DNA of 64,000 nucleotides, taken from Bdellovibrionales bacterium (GTDB lineage: Bacteria; Bdellovibrionota; Bdellovibrionia; Bdellovibrionales; JAGQZY01). The translations under genes and the position numbers were made by a program. The notes beneath the pieces are model-generated. The model saw nothing but the letters and a program-made list of their open reading frames with translations. It had not been told where the DNA came from and did not search any database. Below are positions 49,395 through 59,540 of the stretch, piece after piece (position 1 is the stretch's first letter; each line of letters starts with the position of its first letter). The stretch lies in assembly GCA_031426555.1 (NCBI GenBank), contig JANPLN010000030.1, forward strand, positions 32,001 to 96,000, read 5' to 3'.

Positions 49395-52300
49395 CTAGGT
49401 GAGTAGGATCTTTTTGCGGCGTTCGAATTTAGAAAGCAGCAAATAAATCGAAGGCACCACAACGAGCGTAAAGACGGTGGAGACCACGATTCCGCCGACG
49501 ATGGTTAAACCCATGGGCGTTCGGGTTTCTTGTCCGATACTGTTACCAAACACTAACGGAAGTGCTGCTGCCACTGTTGCCACTGAGGTCATAATGATAG
49601 GGCGCAGGCGCACGGGACAGGCTTCGATCAGGGCTTCTGTAACCCCCAGGTTTTTTTCATCGCGAAGGCGGTTCGTAAACTCCACAAGAAGAATCGAGTT
49701 CTTTTTGGCAATACCCATTAAAACGATAACTCCAATAAAACTGAATAAATTTAACGAAACATCTCCCGCCCATAAAATCAAAAGCGCACCGGTGATACTA
49801 AAGGGCAATGCGGCTAAAACAGAAATGGGAAGAATGAAGGAATTAAACTGAATCGCCAAAACCATATAAGCCACAAGGATACCGACGAGAAGTGCATAGG
49901 CTAAGTTTTTAAAGCTGTCATTCAGGCCAGCGGCGGTTCCCTCGAGGGAAAATCCATAACCTTTGGGCAGCGCCGTACGCGCGATTTGAGCGGCGCGATC
50001 GAGAGCTTTGGCTTGACCCACGCCTTTTGCTAAGTTGCCAAAAACTCCCACTGTGCGTTGGCGATTGAGACGATTGATGGATTGAAATGTTTTTTGATTT
50101 TCAAAGTCTACAAACTGATCAATAGGAATCGCAAGCCCGAAATCGTTTCGCACCAAAACTTTGGAGATATCTTTGTAGGAGCGAAGATCTTCGTCTTCGA
50201 GTTTGATTCGAATATCATAGCGACGTCCCCCGGAAGTGAACTGGCTTTGGCGGGCGCCAGCGACAGCGGCATTGAGTGCCGTGGCCACCGAAGAGATTGT
50301 GACACCCGATTCCGCCATGCGCTTACGTTCGGGGCGAATTAAGAGTTCGGGAAGACCCAATTTAAAATCTGTGTCCAGATCTACTGCTAGGCCTTCTTTT
50401 GAGAGCTGTTCCATAATTTCTTCGGCCTTTTGATTTAGTACCTGCAGATCGGGACCGGTGATATTGAATGACAATGGATTAAGGCGGCCCGAAGTGAGGC
50501 CTCGCGCAGAAATATCGCGAAACGAAAAGCGAACGCCTTCGACAACTTTTAGCTCTTCGCGCAGCTCATCCATGATTTGTGTGTGGGTGATGGAACGCTC
50601 CTCGCGGAGCGTGAGGTTGATGGGAATAAAAATTTGGTTCACGCTGCTTGCGCCAGGTCCTCCGCCGATGGACAGAAAAAAACTAACCACATTTTTATTC
50701 GCTTTAAGAACCTTTTCGATCTCCAGCGCCTTTATGTAGGTGGCTTCGAGAGAGGAGCCGGGTTTGAGCTGAGAGTTCAGCATCACAACGTTTTGATCTT
50801 GTGAGGGTACAAATTCCTGACGAATTCGTTGCACCAAAAATAAAGAGACTAAAAATAAAATGGTGGCACCAAAGACAATTTTTTTACTGTGCTCCAGGGT
50901 TTTGCGCAAAAGATTTTGATAAGCGGCATTGATTTTATCAAACAGATGATCCAGCTTCATTTCGAATTTTGAAATTTTAGGCGACTGACTCAAAAAAGCC
51001 GCGGCTCGCATCGGTGTAATCGTGACCGCTTCCAAAAGTGAAAGCAGCACGGCCACCGACATGGTGACGCCGAACTGGAAGAAGAATTTGCCGATAACTC
51101 CCGACATAAAGACCACTGGCAGAAACACGGCCACCACGGCCAACGTTGCGGCAATGGCCGCCGGGAGAATTTCGACGGAGCCGTCATAGGCCGCCTGGGT
51201 GGCTGATTTTCCCATGCGATGATGGCGAACGATATTTTCTAATAGCATAATGGCATCGTCGACAACAATGGAGATCGCCAGAGTGAGAGCAAGCAGCGAA
51301 AAGAGATTCAATGTGAAGCCGGCAAAATAAACCACAATAAATGTGCCGACGATGGATGTGGGAATCGAAAAAAGAATATTGATGGCGGCGCCTAGACTGC
51401 CGAGAAACAGGAAGCATACGAGGATTGTGACGATAGAAGCAAAAATCAGTTTTTCTTGCGTGGTAGAAACCACAGCTTTGGTGGCTTTTGTAAAATCGAC
51501 GTTGATTTGCAGTTTGTAGTCCTTAGGAATAGACTTTTGCAATTCTTCCACTTTTTTCTGAACGACTTCCGCAAGGGCCACTTCGTTTCCGCCGCGCTGT
51601 TTGCGAATGGAAATCGAAACCGCTTCTCGCCCATCCACGCGCGCTGTTCGCCGAAGATCACTCAGCCCATCTTCCACGCGCGCCACATCGCCGATGGTGA
51701 GTTTTTGATCTTGAATAATCTGGCCACCGCGACGAAGAATGCGCAGACCAGAGACTTGATCAGCGGTGGCAGCTTCGCCCAGCCAGCGAACTCGGTATTC
51801 ATTTTTGCCATCCGAAAATTGCCCTGCAGCAGATTCTAAATGTTGCGACTCGAGAGCAGAGGCGATGTCGCTGATGGTGAGTTCGTATTTTGCAAGCTTT
51901 TGAATATCGGGCCAAATTCTTAAATTACGAGCGCTATAACCGGCGATGGAGACTTCGCCGATTCCTGGAAGAAATCGAAACTGATCTAGCAAAAAAGAGT
52001 CCACCCATTCCAGAGTTTCGCGAAGGGGTCGATCCGACGAAACACCAATAAAAATAATCGGCGATTCTTCGGGGTTGCTCTTGCGTATGACAGGAGGGTC
52101 CACCTGTTGCGGTAAGCGCACCGAGCTGAGCGCCGACTGCACCTCTTGGAGGGCAACGTTGATATCTCGGGAGATATCAAAGGTGAGGCTGATATTTCCC
52201 TGGCCCGTTTGCACGCTGGAGCGCATTTCTTGAATGCCTTCTACGGAAAGTAGGTTCTGCTCCATGGGATCGATGAGTTCGGTTTCAACCACCTCTGGCG

Positions 52301-52466
52301 CTGCGCCTTCGTACTGCACACTGATACTTAATACTGGAAAGTCCACATCCGGCATTTGACTGACACCGAGGCGACCAAAACTGATTCCGCCAAAAATGAT
52401 GAGGGCTGCCATGAGGATCCAGGCAAAAACAGGTCGTTGAATTGAGAGGGCAATGAGCGATTTCAT
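49395..52466 (-). CDS. RND efflux permease (AcrB/MdtBC family)
   Basis: I.RPVFA, PDVDFP, IVVDDAI..LENI, KNSILLVEF, RLRPIIMT. Confidence 0.96.
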   Translation of the reverse strand: MKSLIALSIQRPVFAWILMAALIIFGGISFGRLGVSQMPDVDFPVLSISVQYEGAAPEVVETELIDPMEQNLLSVEGIQEMRSSVQTGQGNISLTFDISRDINVALQEVQSALSSVRLPQQVDPPVIRKSNPEESPIIFIGVSSDRPLRETLEWVDSFLLDQFRFLPGIGEVSIAGYSARNLRIWPDIQKLAKYELTISDIASALESQHLESAAGQFSDGKNEYRVRWLGEAATADQVSGLRILRRGGQIIQDQKLTIGDVARVEDGLSDLRRTARVDGREAVSISIRKQRGGNEVALAEVVQKKVEELQKSIPKDYKLQINVDFTKATKAVVSTTQEKLIFASIVTILVCFLFLGSLGAAINILFSIPTSIVGTFIVVYFAGFTLNLFSLLALTLAISIVVDDAIMLLENIVRHHRMGKSATQAAYDGSVEILPAAIAATLAVVAVFLPVVFMSGVIGKFFFQFGVTMSVAVLLSLLEAVTITPMRAAAFLSQSPKISKFEMKLDHLFDKINAAYQNLLRKTLEHSKKIVFGATILFLVSLFLVQRIRQEFVPSQDQNVVMLNSQLKPGSSLEATYIKALEIEKVLKANKNVVSFFLSIGGGPGASSVNQIFIPINLTLREERSITHTQIMDELREELKVVEGVRFSFRDISARGLTSGRLNPLSFNITGPDLQVLNQKAEEIMEQLSKEGLAVDLDTDFKLGLPELLIRPERKRMAESGVTISSVATALNAAVAGARQSQFTSGGRRYDIRIKLEDEDLRSYKDISKVLVRNDFGLAIPIDQFVDFENQKTFQSINRLNRQRTVGVFGNLAKGVGQAKALDRAAQIARTALPKGYGFSLEGTAAGLNDSFKNLAYALLVGILVAYMVLAIQFNSFILPISVLAALPFSITGALLILWAGDVSLNLFSFIGVIVLMGIAKKNSILLVEFTNRLRDEKNLGVTEALIEACPVRLRPIIMTSVATVAAALPLVFGNSIGQETRTPMGLTIVGGIVVSTVFTLVVVPSIYLLLSKFERRKKILLT

Positions 52467-52514
52467 GAATGTAAATCTCCTGGCTAAATTTCCCTACTGC
52501 TTACAAAAGGTCTG

Positions 52515-53930
52515 TCAAATATCCGTCGTAAATAATCGGGCCTGGCTTTCCACCTTGTGAAGTTCTGAAAGAAAAGTCAGGCGACGTGCTGAAGCTTCGG
52601 CAGCTTCGATTTCAAAGGACACAAGTTGAAACAATGTGGACCGACCAATTTTGTAGCGTCGCCGTTCTTCGATGACCTTTTGATTTTGAAATTCCGATAA
52701 ACGACTGGCCTCTTGCGTTTGGGTCTGCAAAACTTTTTGTCGGCGCTCTAAATCGGTCCAGCCGAACTCAGAAGTTCGTGTTTGATTTTGCGCCTCCAAG
52801 CGCCGGGCCTCTGCTTGCAGCTGCGCGGACTTAAACTGTTTGTTGGCCAAACCGCGATGCAGAGGAACACTGAAGTTCACACCCACACGGGTGCCACTGT
52901 AGCGCCCATTGCCAGCATCGGACCAAGAATTATAAAATGAATCGGCAATTCCGTTTTGACCGTAGCCAACATAAACATCAAAGAGCGGTTTGAGTTGTTC
53001 GCGAACTCTTTTGGCTTCGAGTTCAGCTTGTTGAGCCAACGCTCGGGAGGAGAGTGAATCCCATCGCTGCGGTGGTCCGTTGCCGGTGTCAGTACCAGTC
53101 ATCGCACCATTGCCAGAGATCAAACTGCGCAGCGTTCGCTCCTGCGTGAGAGCCTCTGGGGGAAGTTGAAGCTCTTCGAGCTTTACTTGCGGAAGTGCAC
53201 TTTGGAAGCGAGTGACGAGGCCCGCTAATTGGTTTTGCACGGTGATGAGATCCAACTGTTGCCCACTCACAAGGGCTTGTATTTGCAACAAATCTGCTTT
53301 TTCTGCCGCCAGTTTACTGACTCGTCCCTGCATCCATTTGAGCAGATCGCGACTCGTTTGCAGATTGGTGGAGCGAATTTGCTCCTCTTGCTTAAGGGTC
53401 ACGTAATCCCAGTACATGGCTTCGAGATCGATGAGCAGTAACTGCTTTTCGTAGATCAAAGCCGCGCGGCGACTTTGCAGTTCCTGCTGCTCTCCGCGAT
53501 GTCTTAGCGACGTTGCGTGGCCAAAGCTATCCCGCCAGAGGGATTGGGTCAGGCGTGTTTCCCAAATTGCGAACTGAAAAAGGCCTCGTCCATCAATAAT
53601 GGCTCGTTCGTGTCCTGCCGTGGCCGTGAGTAATGTACCGGTAGAGAAAGGTTGCGTGAACGTTAAATTGGCCAGTCGGGAACGGGAGCGCCTCGCAAAG
53701 GTAATTGCTTCCTGATCATTATTAAAATTTTCTGCGTTGAGGGAAAGTACGGACGATAAAACAAAGTCGCGTCCTTCGATCTCGTAGTTGAGAGATTCTA
53801 GACGTCTATCAATGGATAAAAAAATCTCGGATTGTTTTTGCGCCACCTCTAAGAATTTTTCCACAGAGGCAAAAAGACTTAACGGATAAAAAACGAAGAA
53901 TACGAGCAGGATCTTCCAACCAACAAACAT
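52515..53930 (-). CDS. TolC-family outer membrane efflux protein
   Basis: Signal peptide, LTQSLW, GVNFSVPL, RY.IGRST motifs; directly upstream of the RND gene. Confidence 0.85.
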   Translation of the reverse strand: MFVGWKILLVFFVFYPLSLFASVEKFLEVAQKQSEIFLSIDRRLESLNYEIEGRDFVLSSVLSLNAENFNNDQEAITFARRSRSRLANLTFTQPFSTGTLLTATAGHERAIIDGRGLFQFAIWETRLTQSLWRDSFGHATSLRHRGEQQELQSRRAALIYEKQLLLIDLEAMYWDYVTLKQEEQIRSTNLQTSRDLLKWMQGRVSKLAAEKADLLQIQALVSGQQLDLITVQNQLAGLVTRFQSALPQVKLEELQLPPEALTQERTLRSLISGNGAMTGTDTGNGPPQRWDSLSSRALAQQAELEAKRVREQLKPLFDVYVGYGQNGIADSFYNSWSDAGNGRYSGTRVGVNFSVPLHRGLANKQFKSAQLQAEARRLEAQNQTRTSEFGWTDLERRQKVLQTQTQEASRLSEFQNQKVIEERRRYKIGRSTLFQLVSFEIEAAEASARRLTFLSELHKVESQARLFTTDI

Positions 53931-54040
53931 TACGAAATTGTAACGGACGCCTTAAGGAAGGGGCACTAAAAAGCGTATTTTGCATTGAGTAAATAATTTT
54001 TCGCGTATTCATAATCACTACATTTTCACTTAGAAAAAAA

Positions 54041-54526
54041 TCAAGCGTCGCCTCGTGTTGGGCGATGGGCGGCGCTGCCTGAACCTCTCCATAGAACAGT
54101 GGTGTAAGAACCATTTTTGGTTTTTTCGGACTGCATGTCGATATCAACTACAATCGTGGCCCCTTTTTGTGCGGCCTGAAAGGCGAGAGACATCAGAACA
54201 TCTTCTTCGTCATCGCAGTTTTCCACCGTCAAAACCGGCTCAAGTCGTCGCATCAATCGAGTTTCTTTGCCATCGGTGCGTCGGTAGAACACTTCGGTGA
54301 TTTTCGCACGTTCTAAAACCTCTTCATATTTTTGCAATGCCCGGGCAGTGTTTTTTTGAAAACAGGTTGGGCATTGAGTGCCTAAATTTATTTTTTCAAG
54401 AAAAAGGGGCAAGTAAGGATAATTGGACTCATCGATAAAGTGAGCACAATCCTTACAAAGATTTTCTTCGCAAAGCGAGCAGACGAGGGGAGCTTTTGCT
54501 TTCAAACACGAGCAGCATGCCGACAT
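54041..54526 (-). CDS. Cys-rich Zn-finger protein with YbjQ-like C-terminal segment
   Basis: Four CxxC pairs; C-terminal L..QAA.KGA..VVD....G.G.A pattern. Confidence 0.55.
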   Translation of the reverse strand: MSACCSCLKAKAPLVCSLCEENLCKDCAHFIDESNYPYLPLFLEKINLGTQCPTCFQKNTARALQKYEEVLERAKITEVFYRRTDGKETRLMRRLEPVLTVENCDDEEDVLMSLAFQAAQKGATIVVDIDMQSEKTKNGSYTTVLWRGSGSAAHRPTRGDA

Positions 54527-54535
54527 AATTACATC

Positions 54536-55819
54536 CTATGAAGTTAAAATTCCCGCAAAACAGGCGGTGATAAAAGAAGACAACGAACCGCCCAAAACTG
54601 CAAGCAAACCAAAGCGCGCGAGCTCCGATTTTTTATTTGGTACCAGGCTGCCAATGCCGCCAATTTGAATGGCGATGGACGAAAAGTTGGCAAAGCCACA
54701 CAAAGCGTAAGACGCAATCAGCACGCTGCGCGGTTGGTATAGCGAGCCTTGCTTGGCGAGGTCGAGGTAGGCGACAAATTCATTGAACACGGTTTTTTTA
54801 CCGAGGATGGCAGAGATGGGCCCCACGTCTTGCAGGGGTATACCCATAAAGAATGAGACTGGCGAAAACAGCCAGCTCATAAACCAAGAGAGGGAAAGCT
54901 GGGGGGCTTCGGCAGTGAGTGTGGGCGCCCACTCGTGAAATAAAATGCTATGGCCCAAAGCGATCAGCAGATAATCAAACAGAGAGATCAAGGCAATAAA
55001 AGCCATCAGCATGCCTCCCACATTAATGGCGAGGGAAACACCCTCACTTGCGCCATTGGCAGCGGCTTCGATCACATTGGTGTGCAGGCTGTTTTTTTGC
55101 TCGGGGATTCGTCCGAGAGTTTCTGGAATTTTTACTTCGGGAACTAAAATTTTGGCCACCATCAATGCAGCGGGCGCCGAAATCACGCTGGCCGTGAGAA
55201 GATGGCCGCCAATATTTGGCACCAAATGTTTTAAAAAACCTACATAAGCGGCGAGCACTCCGCCGGCCACATTGGCCATGCCCCCCACCATAATCGAAAA
55301 CAATTCCGACGACGTCACATTTGGCAAGTACGGTTTAATCACTAAGGGCGCCTCTGACTGACCCACAAAAATATTTGCGGCCGAAGACAGAGATTCGGCG
55401 CCGCTGACTTTTAATGTTTTGTGCATGAGCCACGCGAAAAATTTGACGATCCATTGCATGAAGCCCACATGGTACAAAACCGACATCAAGGACGACATAA
55501 ACACAATGGTGGGGAGCACAGAGAAGGCGATGATATAGCCGTGCTTTTGCGTGTCGAGAAGCGAGCCAAATAAAAATCGGCTGCCTTCATCGGAAAAATT
55601 TAACATTTTTAGAATAACGCCGTTGGCAGCTTCGAAGATAAATGCGAGGGGACCTTCGAAGCCCAGGAAGGGGGCGCCGAGAACCAGCAGGGCAAGAACA
55701 GATTGCAAAAGAAAGGCTCTGAACACCAATTGCCAATCAATTCGCTGACGGTTGTTTGAGAACAAAACCGCAACGCCGACAAACACCCCAATGCCGCAAA
55801 AACTTATCAATTGATACAC
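54536..55819 (-). CDS. nupC: CNT-family nucleoside transporter
   Basis: AF.VLPTIVF.S, SGAES..AANIFVGQSEAP, NEFVAY, YALCGFANFSSI; start approximate (GTG 55819). Confidence 0.93.
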   Translation of the reverse strand: MYQLISFCGIGVFVGVAVLFSNNRQRIDWQLVFRAFLLQSVLALLVLGAPFLGFEGPLAFIFEAANGVILKMLNFSDEGSRFLFGSLLDTQKHGYIIAFSVLPTIVFMSSLMSVLYHVGFMQWIVKFFAWLMHKTLKVSGAESLSSAANIFVGQSEAPLVIKPYLPNVTSSELFSIMVGGMANVAGGVLAAYVGFLKHLVPNIGGHLLTASVISAPAALMVAKILVPEVKIPETLGRIPEQKNSLHTNVIEAAANGASEGVSLAINVGGMLMAFIALISLFDYLLIALGHSILFHEWAPTLTAEAPQLSLSWFMSWLFSPVSFFMGIPLQDVGPISAILGKKTVFNEFVAYLDLAKQGSLYQPRSVLIASYALCGFANFSSIAIQIGGIGSLVPNKKSELARFGLLAVLGGSLSSFITACFAGILTS

Positions 55820-55982
55820 CGGCAACGTGTATCGTAAAAGGGACCAATGAGGGAGATGCAGTGCGCAGTTCACGCTGATTGAGACGCGTGTGCCTATTTT
55901 TGTTGCTACGGCGGATTTTTTCCAGTGGTCAGCAAGGAATAGTCGTTTACCCTGGCGCGGGATTTGATAGGGTTTATCGATA

Positions 55983-57524
55983 ATGGAAGATATCTTACAG
56001 ACGCATTTTTCGATGCCGGCCTTTCGCAAGGGACAAAAAGACATTATTAAGTCTGTATTGGACGGCAAAGACACCATCGCTGTTTTACCCACCGGCGGCG
56101 GGAAATCGCTTTGTTACCAGTATCCAGCGGTTTTTAAAAATCAGTTAGTTATTGTGGTGTCGCCTTTGATCGCGTTGATGAACGACCAGGTCGAAAGTTT
56201 AACCCGTATGGGAATCCCGGCAGGCTGTGTTCACTCGGATCAAAGCACCGAGCAAAAACGTGAGATGTTTCAGCGTTTGCAGCGCGGAGGGGCTTTTGTT
56301 TTGTATGTTTCGCCCGAGCGAACGCAAAAAGAGGCCTTTTTAAATTGGGTGCAAAAAATTCCCGTGGCGCTGTTTGCGATTGATGAAGCGCACTGCGTGT
56401 CGGTGTGGGGACATGATTTTCGCGAAGAGTATTCGCTTTTAAATAAACTCAAAGAGCTTCGCCCAGATGTGCCGATGTTGGCATTGACGGCATCGGCCAC
56501 TCCTTTTGTGATCAAGGACATCGCCAAGCAGTTAACACTCGTTACACCGTCGCGCCATGTACACGGGTTTTATCGCAGCAATTTGTATTACCAGGTAGAA
56601 AATTGCGCCGACGAGTTCGAAAAGCTAGAGTTATTGCAAAAGGCGCTTTCGCAAACTCCCGAGGGGCGCGTGATTGTTTATTGTGGGACACGCAGCCGAA
56701 CAGAAGAAATCGCAGAGATTTTATCGCGAGAGTTTTCGGGCGTTGATTTTTACCATGCGGGAATGGGCGGAGAGCAGCGGCAAAAAAAGCAGGAAGATTA
56801 CAATCGAGGGTCTACGCGAATTCTCCTTGCGACCAATGCCTTCGGCATGGGAATCGATCATCCTGATGTGCGCTTGGTGGTGCATTACCAAATGCCCGCC
56901 AATATCGATTCGCTTTATCAGGAAATGGGTCGGGCCGGGCGCGATGGCAAGATGTCCACTTGTTTGTTGTTATATGCAAAAAAAGACAAAGGTCTGCAGT
57001 CATTTTTTATTCAGAACTCAAAGGCACCGGCTTCGGTACAAAGTTCTCGCTGGCGGGCGCTGGAAAATCTCGTGGGGTATGCCGAAGGCGGTGAGTGCCG
57101 GCATGCGGAAATTTTAACTTACTATCAAGACTCCCAGCGGATTGAAAGCTGCGGTCACTGCGATGTGTGCGCGCCCGAGTCCACTTTGCGAATTAAAAAG
57201 CCAGTGTTTTCCGCGACAGCGCGCGGGCCTGTGGCATCGAGCGCCGCGGTGAGGAAAACAAAAAGTCGTTCCTCCAAAGGCGCCGCCGAGAACGCGGAAC
57301 TGACAAAAGATCAACTTCGCATTTTCGAAATATTAAAGCTGTGGCGAAAAGACAAAGCCAAGGAGCTCGACACGCCAGCTTTTATTATCTTTAGCGATAA
57401 AACATTGCGCGATCTTGCGCGCAAACACCCCGTGAAGATGGACGAATTCAAAAGCGTCTACGGCATGGGCGAGTTTAAAATCGAAAAATTTGGCAAAGAG
57501 CTTCTCATGGGACCGCTTTCTTAA
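55983..57524 (+). CDS. recQ: RecQ-family DNA helicase with HRDC domain
   Basis: PTGGGKSLCYQ, DEAHC.S.WGHDFR, ATNAFGMGID, QE.GRAGRDG, Zn-binding cysteines, C-terminal HRDC. Confidence 0.97.
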   Translation: MEDILQTHFSMPAFRKGQKDIIKSVLDGKDTIAVLPTGGGKSLCYQYPAVFKNQLVIVVSPLIALMNDQVESLTRMGIPAGCVHSDQSTEQKREMFQRLQRGGAFVLYVSPERTQKEAFLNWVQKIPVALFAIDEAHCVSVWGHDFREEYSLLNKLKELRPDVPMLALTASATPFVIKDIAKQLTLVTPSRHVHGFYRSNLYYQVENCADEFEKLELLQKALSQTPEGRVIVYCGTRSRTEEIAEILSREFSGVDFYHAGMGGEQRQKKQEDYNRGSTRILLATNAFGMGIDHPDVRLVVHYQMPANIDSLYQEMGRAGRDGKMSTCLLLYAKKDKGLQSFFIQNSKAPASVQSSRWRALENLVGYAEGGECRHAEILTYYQDSQRIESCGHCDVCAPESTLRIKKPVFSATARGPVASSAAVRKTKSRSSKGAAENAELTKDQLRIFEILKLWRKDKAKELDTPAFIIFSDKTLRDLARKHPVKMDEFKSVYGMGEFKIEKFGKELLMGPLS

Positions 57525-57540
57525 GCAGCCCAGTAAACTA

Positions 57541-58499
57541 TTATTCTTTTTTCAAGCGAATGGTTGCAACCTCGTAAAGATTGCTGCCGTCAACCTGAAC
57601 CAAGGTTCCAGTGAGGTCTCCCAAGCTCCAAATTTGCGCGATGAGAACTAATTTTCGCCTGGATGAAGAAACGTAAGTCGTTTCGATGGCCGGGTACTCC
57701 GACACCATTAATTCCGTGACGTCAAACAGGTTTTCTTCCTCTTGGAACACATAACTTTCACCGTTATAATTAATTGAGTTGCCAAATTTTACGATATATT
57801 TTTCGTTGGCGCTTTCGCGAATTTCTAGCTTCTGCAATTGATTTGTAGCAAAACCACTCATCAACGAAAATGCATCACCGGACCATGCTCCAAAATACTG
57901 CTTATAAAACAGTTGATTTGCATCAGAGCGATACTTTAGATCCACTTGGTCAGAGGTCGATTCATGCACGGTTTTACCGTCTTTAACTACTTTTCGTGAA
58001 CGGTGCCACTCCAGCGATAGTTTGCCTTCCATTTTTTTGTCATTTTTAGAGATTTTCCCATCCATGCAATAATAAACAACGTATTCCTGGTTGTATCGAA
58101 GGATGTTGGAGCAGACTATAAACTGACTGGTTTCGCCGAGATCCTCGGAGATGTTTTCCCCGCCATCAAGCTGAAGGTTACTGTAGCCCTTCCCGAGGAC
58201 CAGAGGATTTTTGAAGTAATTCTTTACCGTCTCAGGATTGATATTTTGGCGGGTTAAAAGCTGAGTCTCTTGGGGAGTCAGTTCGCCGTTGCGAATCGCG
58301 GTGATAACAATGTCGTGGCGCCCAGATTCGTTTTTGATTTCGAACTGCAAATCCAATTGCGATCCAGCGTCAACGGTGGCCTTATACTGCCCCGAAATAT
58401 CGAGAGAGTTTTCACGTCGCTCTTTTTTTTGGCCTCCGAGGCGCACGAAACCAAAATCATCAACCCAAAGACCATTGTGAAAAGTTTTACGAATGTCAT
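57541..58499 (-). CDS. Putative lipoprotein split by a frameshift in an A8 tract
   Basis: ATG 58499 with SD CAGGAG and lipobox LVSC in one frame; the long body continues in the -1 frame after the A8 run (58430-58423). Confidence 0.75.
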
Positions 58500-58679
58500 T
58501 GTTTCTCCTGAAATTTATAGGGAGCCAATATTACCATCGGCGGCGATCATTTGCTTTTATGCTCGAACACTAGAGCAACAATTACAAAGTTGTCAAAAGC
58601 TTAAACAGGCGGATCGCTCTTTCCTCTTTTTGTTGCCAGTAGATAACTAGCTGATTTGTGCAAGGTCGGTGCTCAGTCC

Positions 58680-59021
58680 TTAAGGAGGAGGGTTTCTCCT
58701 TGGACCGCGCATGGCATAAGGTACGATTCGGCTCACTTCACAGTCGTTCAGCAGAATGTAGTCCAGCACACTCAAGAAATCTCGCCCCCATGTGACCACC
58801 CTTGAATAGGGTTTCAATATCCAAAGCCCCTTTCCCAACTTTTGAGAAATGACTCCCGTGAGCGCTTGAGAAAAAAGATTTGCACTATTTTTAGATTTCA
58901 AAACAAAATGCAGAGGTTTACGACTGTCCAAAATACGAGCGATTTTGCGTTTTCCTTTTACAGATAAAGAGCCACCAAACTCCTTCACAGTTGGTTTAAA
59001 AAAACTCATTTGTCGGGCCAT
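58680..59021 (-). pseudogene. Internally deleted Y1/HUH (IS200/RAYT-like) transposase
   Basis: Keeps N-terminal GGSL..KGKRK.AR...PLHFVLKS and C-terminal W...PYSRVV.WGRDF..V.DYI.LN, but has no HUH (NHxH) motif; family recognised from memory, not searched. Confidence 0.6.
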
Positions 59022-59244
59022 TATTTTCTCCACTGTTTTCTCTTCTTAAAAAAACAATATACATCCATTTTTAAAAAACTATTTTTGAAGAAAATAAAAA
59101 ATAAAACCCCAACTAGATATAACGCTTTATCGTGTTTTAAACAGCGATAATAGCTTTGCCCCGAAGAGAAAATCGAATCACTGAACCGCTTGGTGAGTTT
59201 TCGACAAAAACCCTAATGAAGAAAATTTAAGGAGACAAAACAAG

Positions 59245-59460
59245 CGTCAAGGACTGGCGACGGTTGTCAGAAAATATTTATCAGAAACCTATTTTCAAAA
59301 AACCTACTTCGTACAGCTTTTTGGGAGCCCAATGCATTAATGGTGCTGGAGCGAATTTCGACTAACCAGGAGGATTGCAAGACTGGTGCTCTGTTGATCA
59401 GGAGGATCAGACGAAACGGGATTAAAAGGGCAGCGGCCCTTTTTGTTCAGGATGAACTTT
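59245..59460 (+). ncRNA. Candidate Csr/Rsm-type GGA-hairpin small RNA
   Basis: Four short stems with AGGAN loops plus a terminator-like hairpin in a 500-bp ORF-free gap. Confidence 0.35.
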
Positions 59461-59491
59461 TCCACATAAAATAAAAACTTCTAAACGCAAT

Positions 59492-59519
59492 AAAAAAGGC
59501 TTCAAATATTTTTGAAGCC
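59492..59519 (-). terminator. Intrinsic terminator of the 59541-61886 gene
   Basis: GGCTTCAAA-N4-TTTGAAGCC followed by T6 on the minus strand, 21 nt after the stop. Confidence 0.8.
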
Positions 59520-59540
59520 GTTAAGCTGAATGATTATTAA

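Noticed and set aside
55820..56092. Long N-terminal extension of nupC
   Set aside because: It overlaps recQ antisense and has no transporter features.
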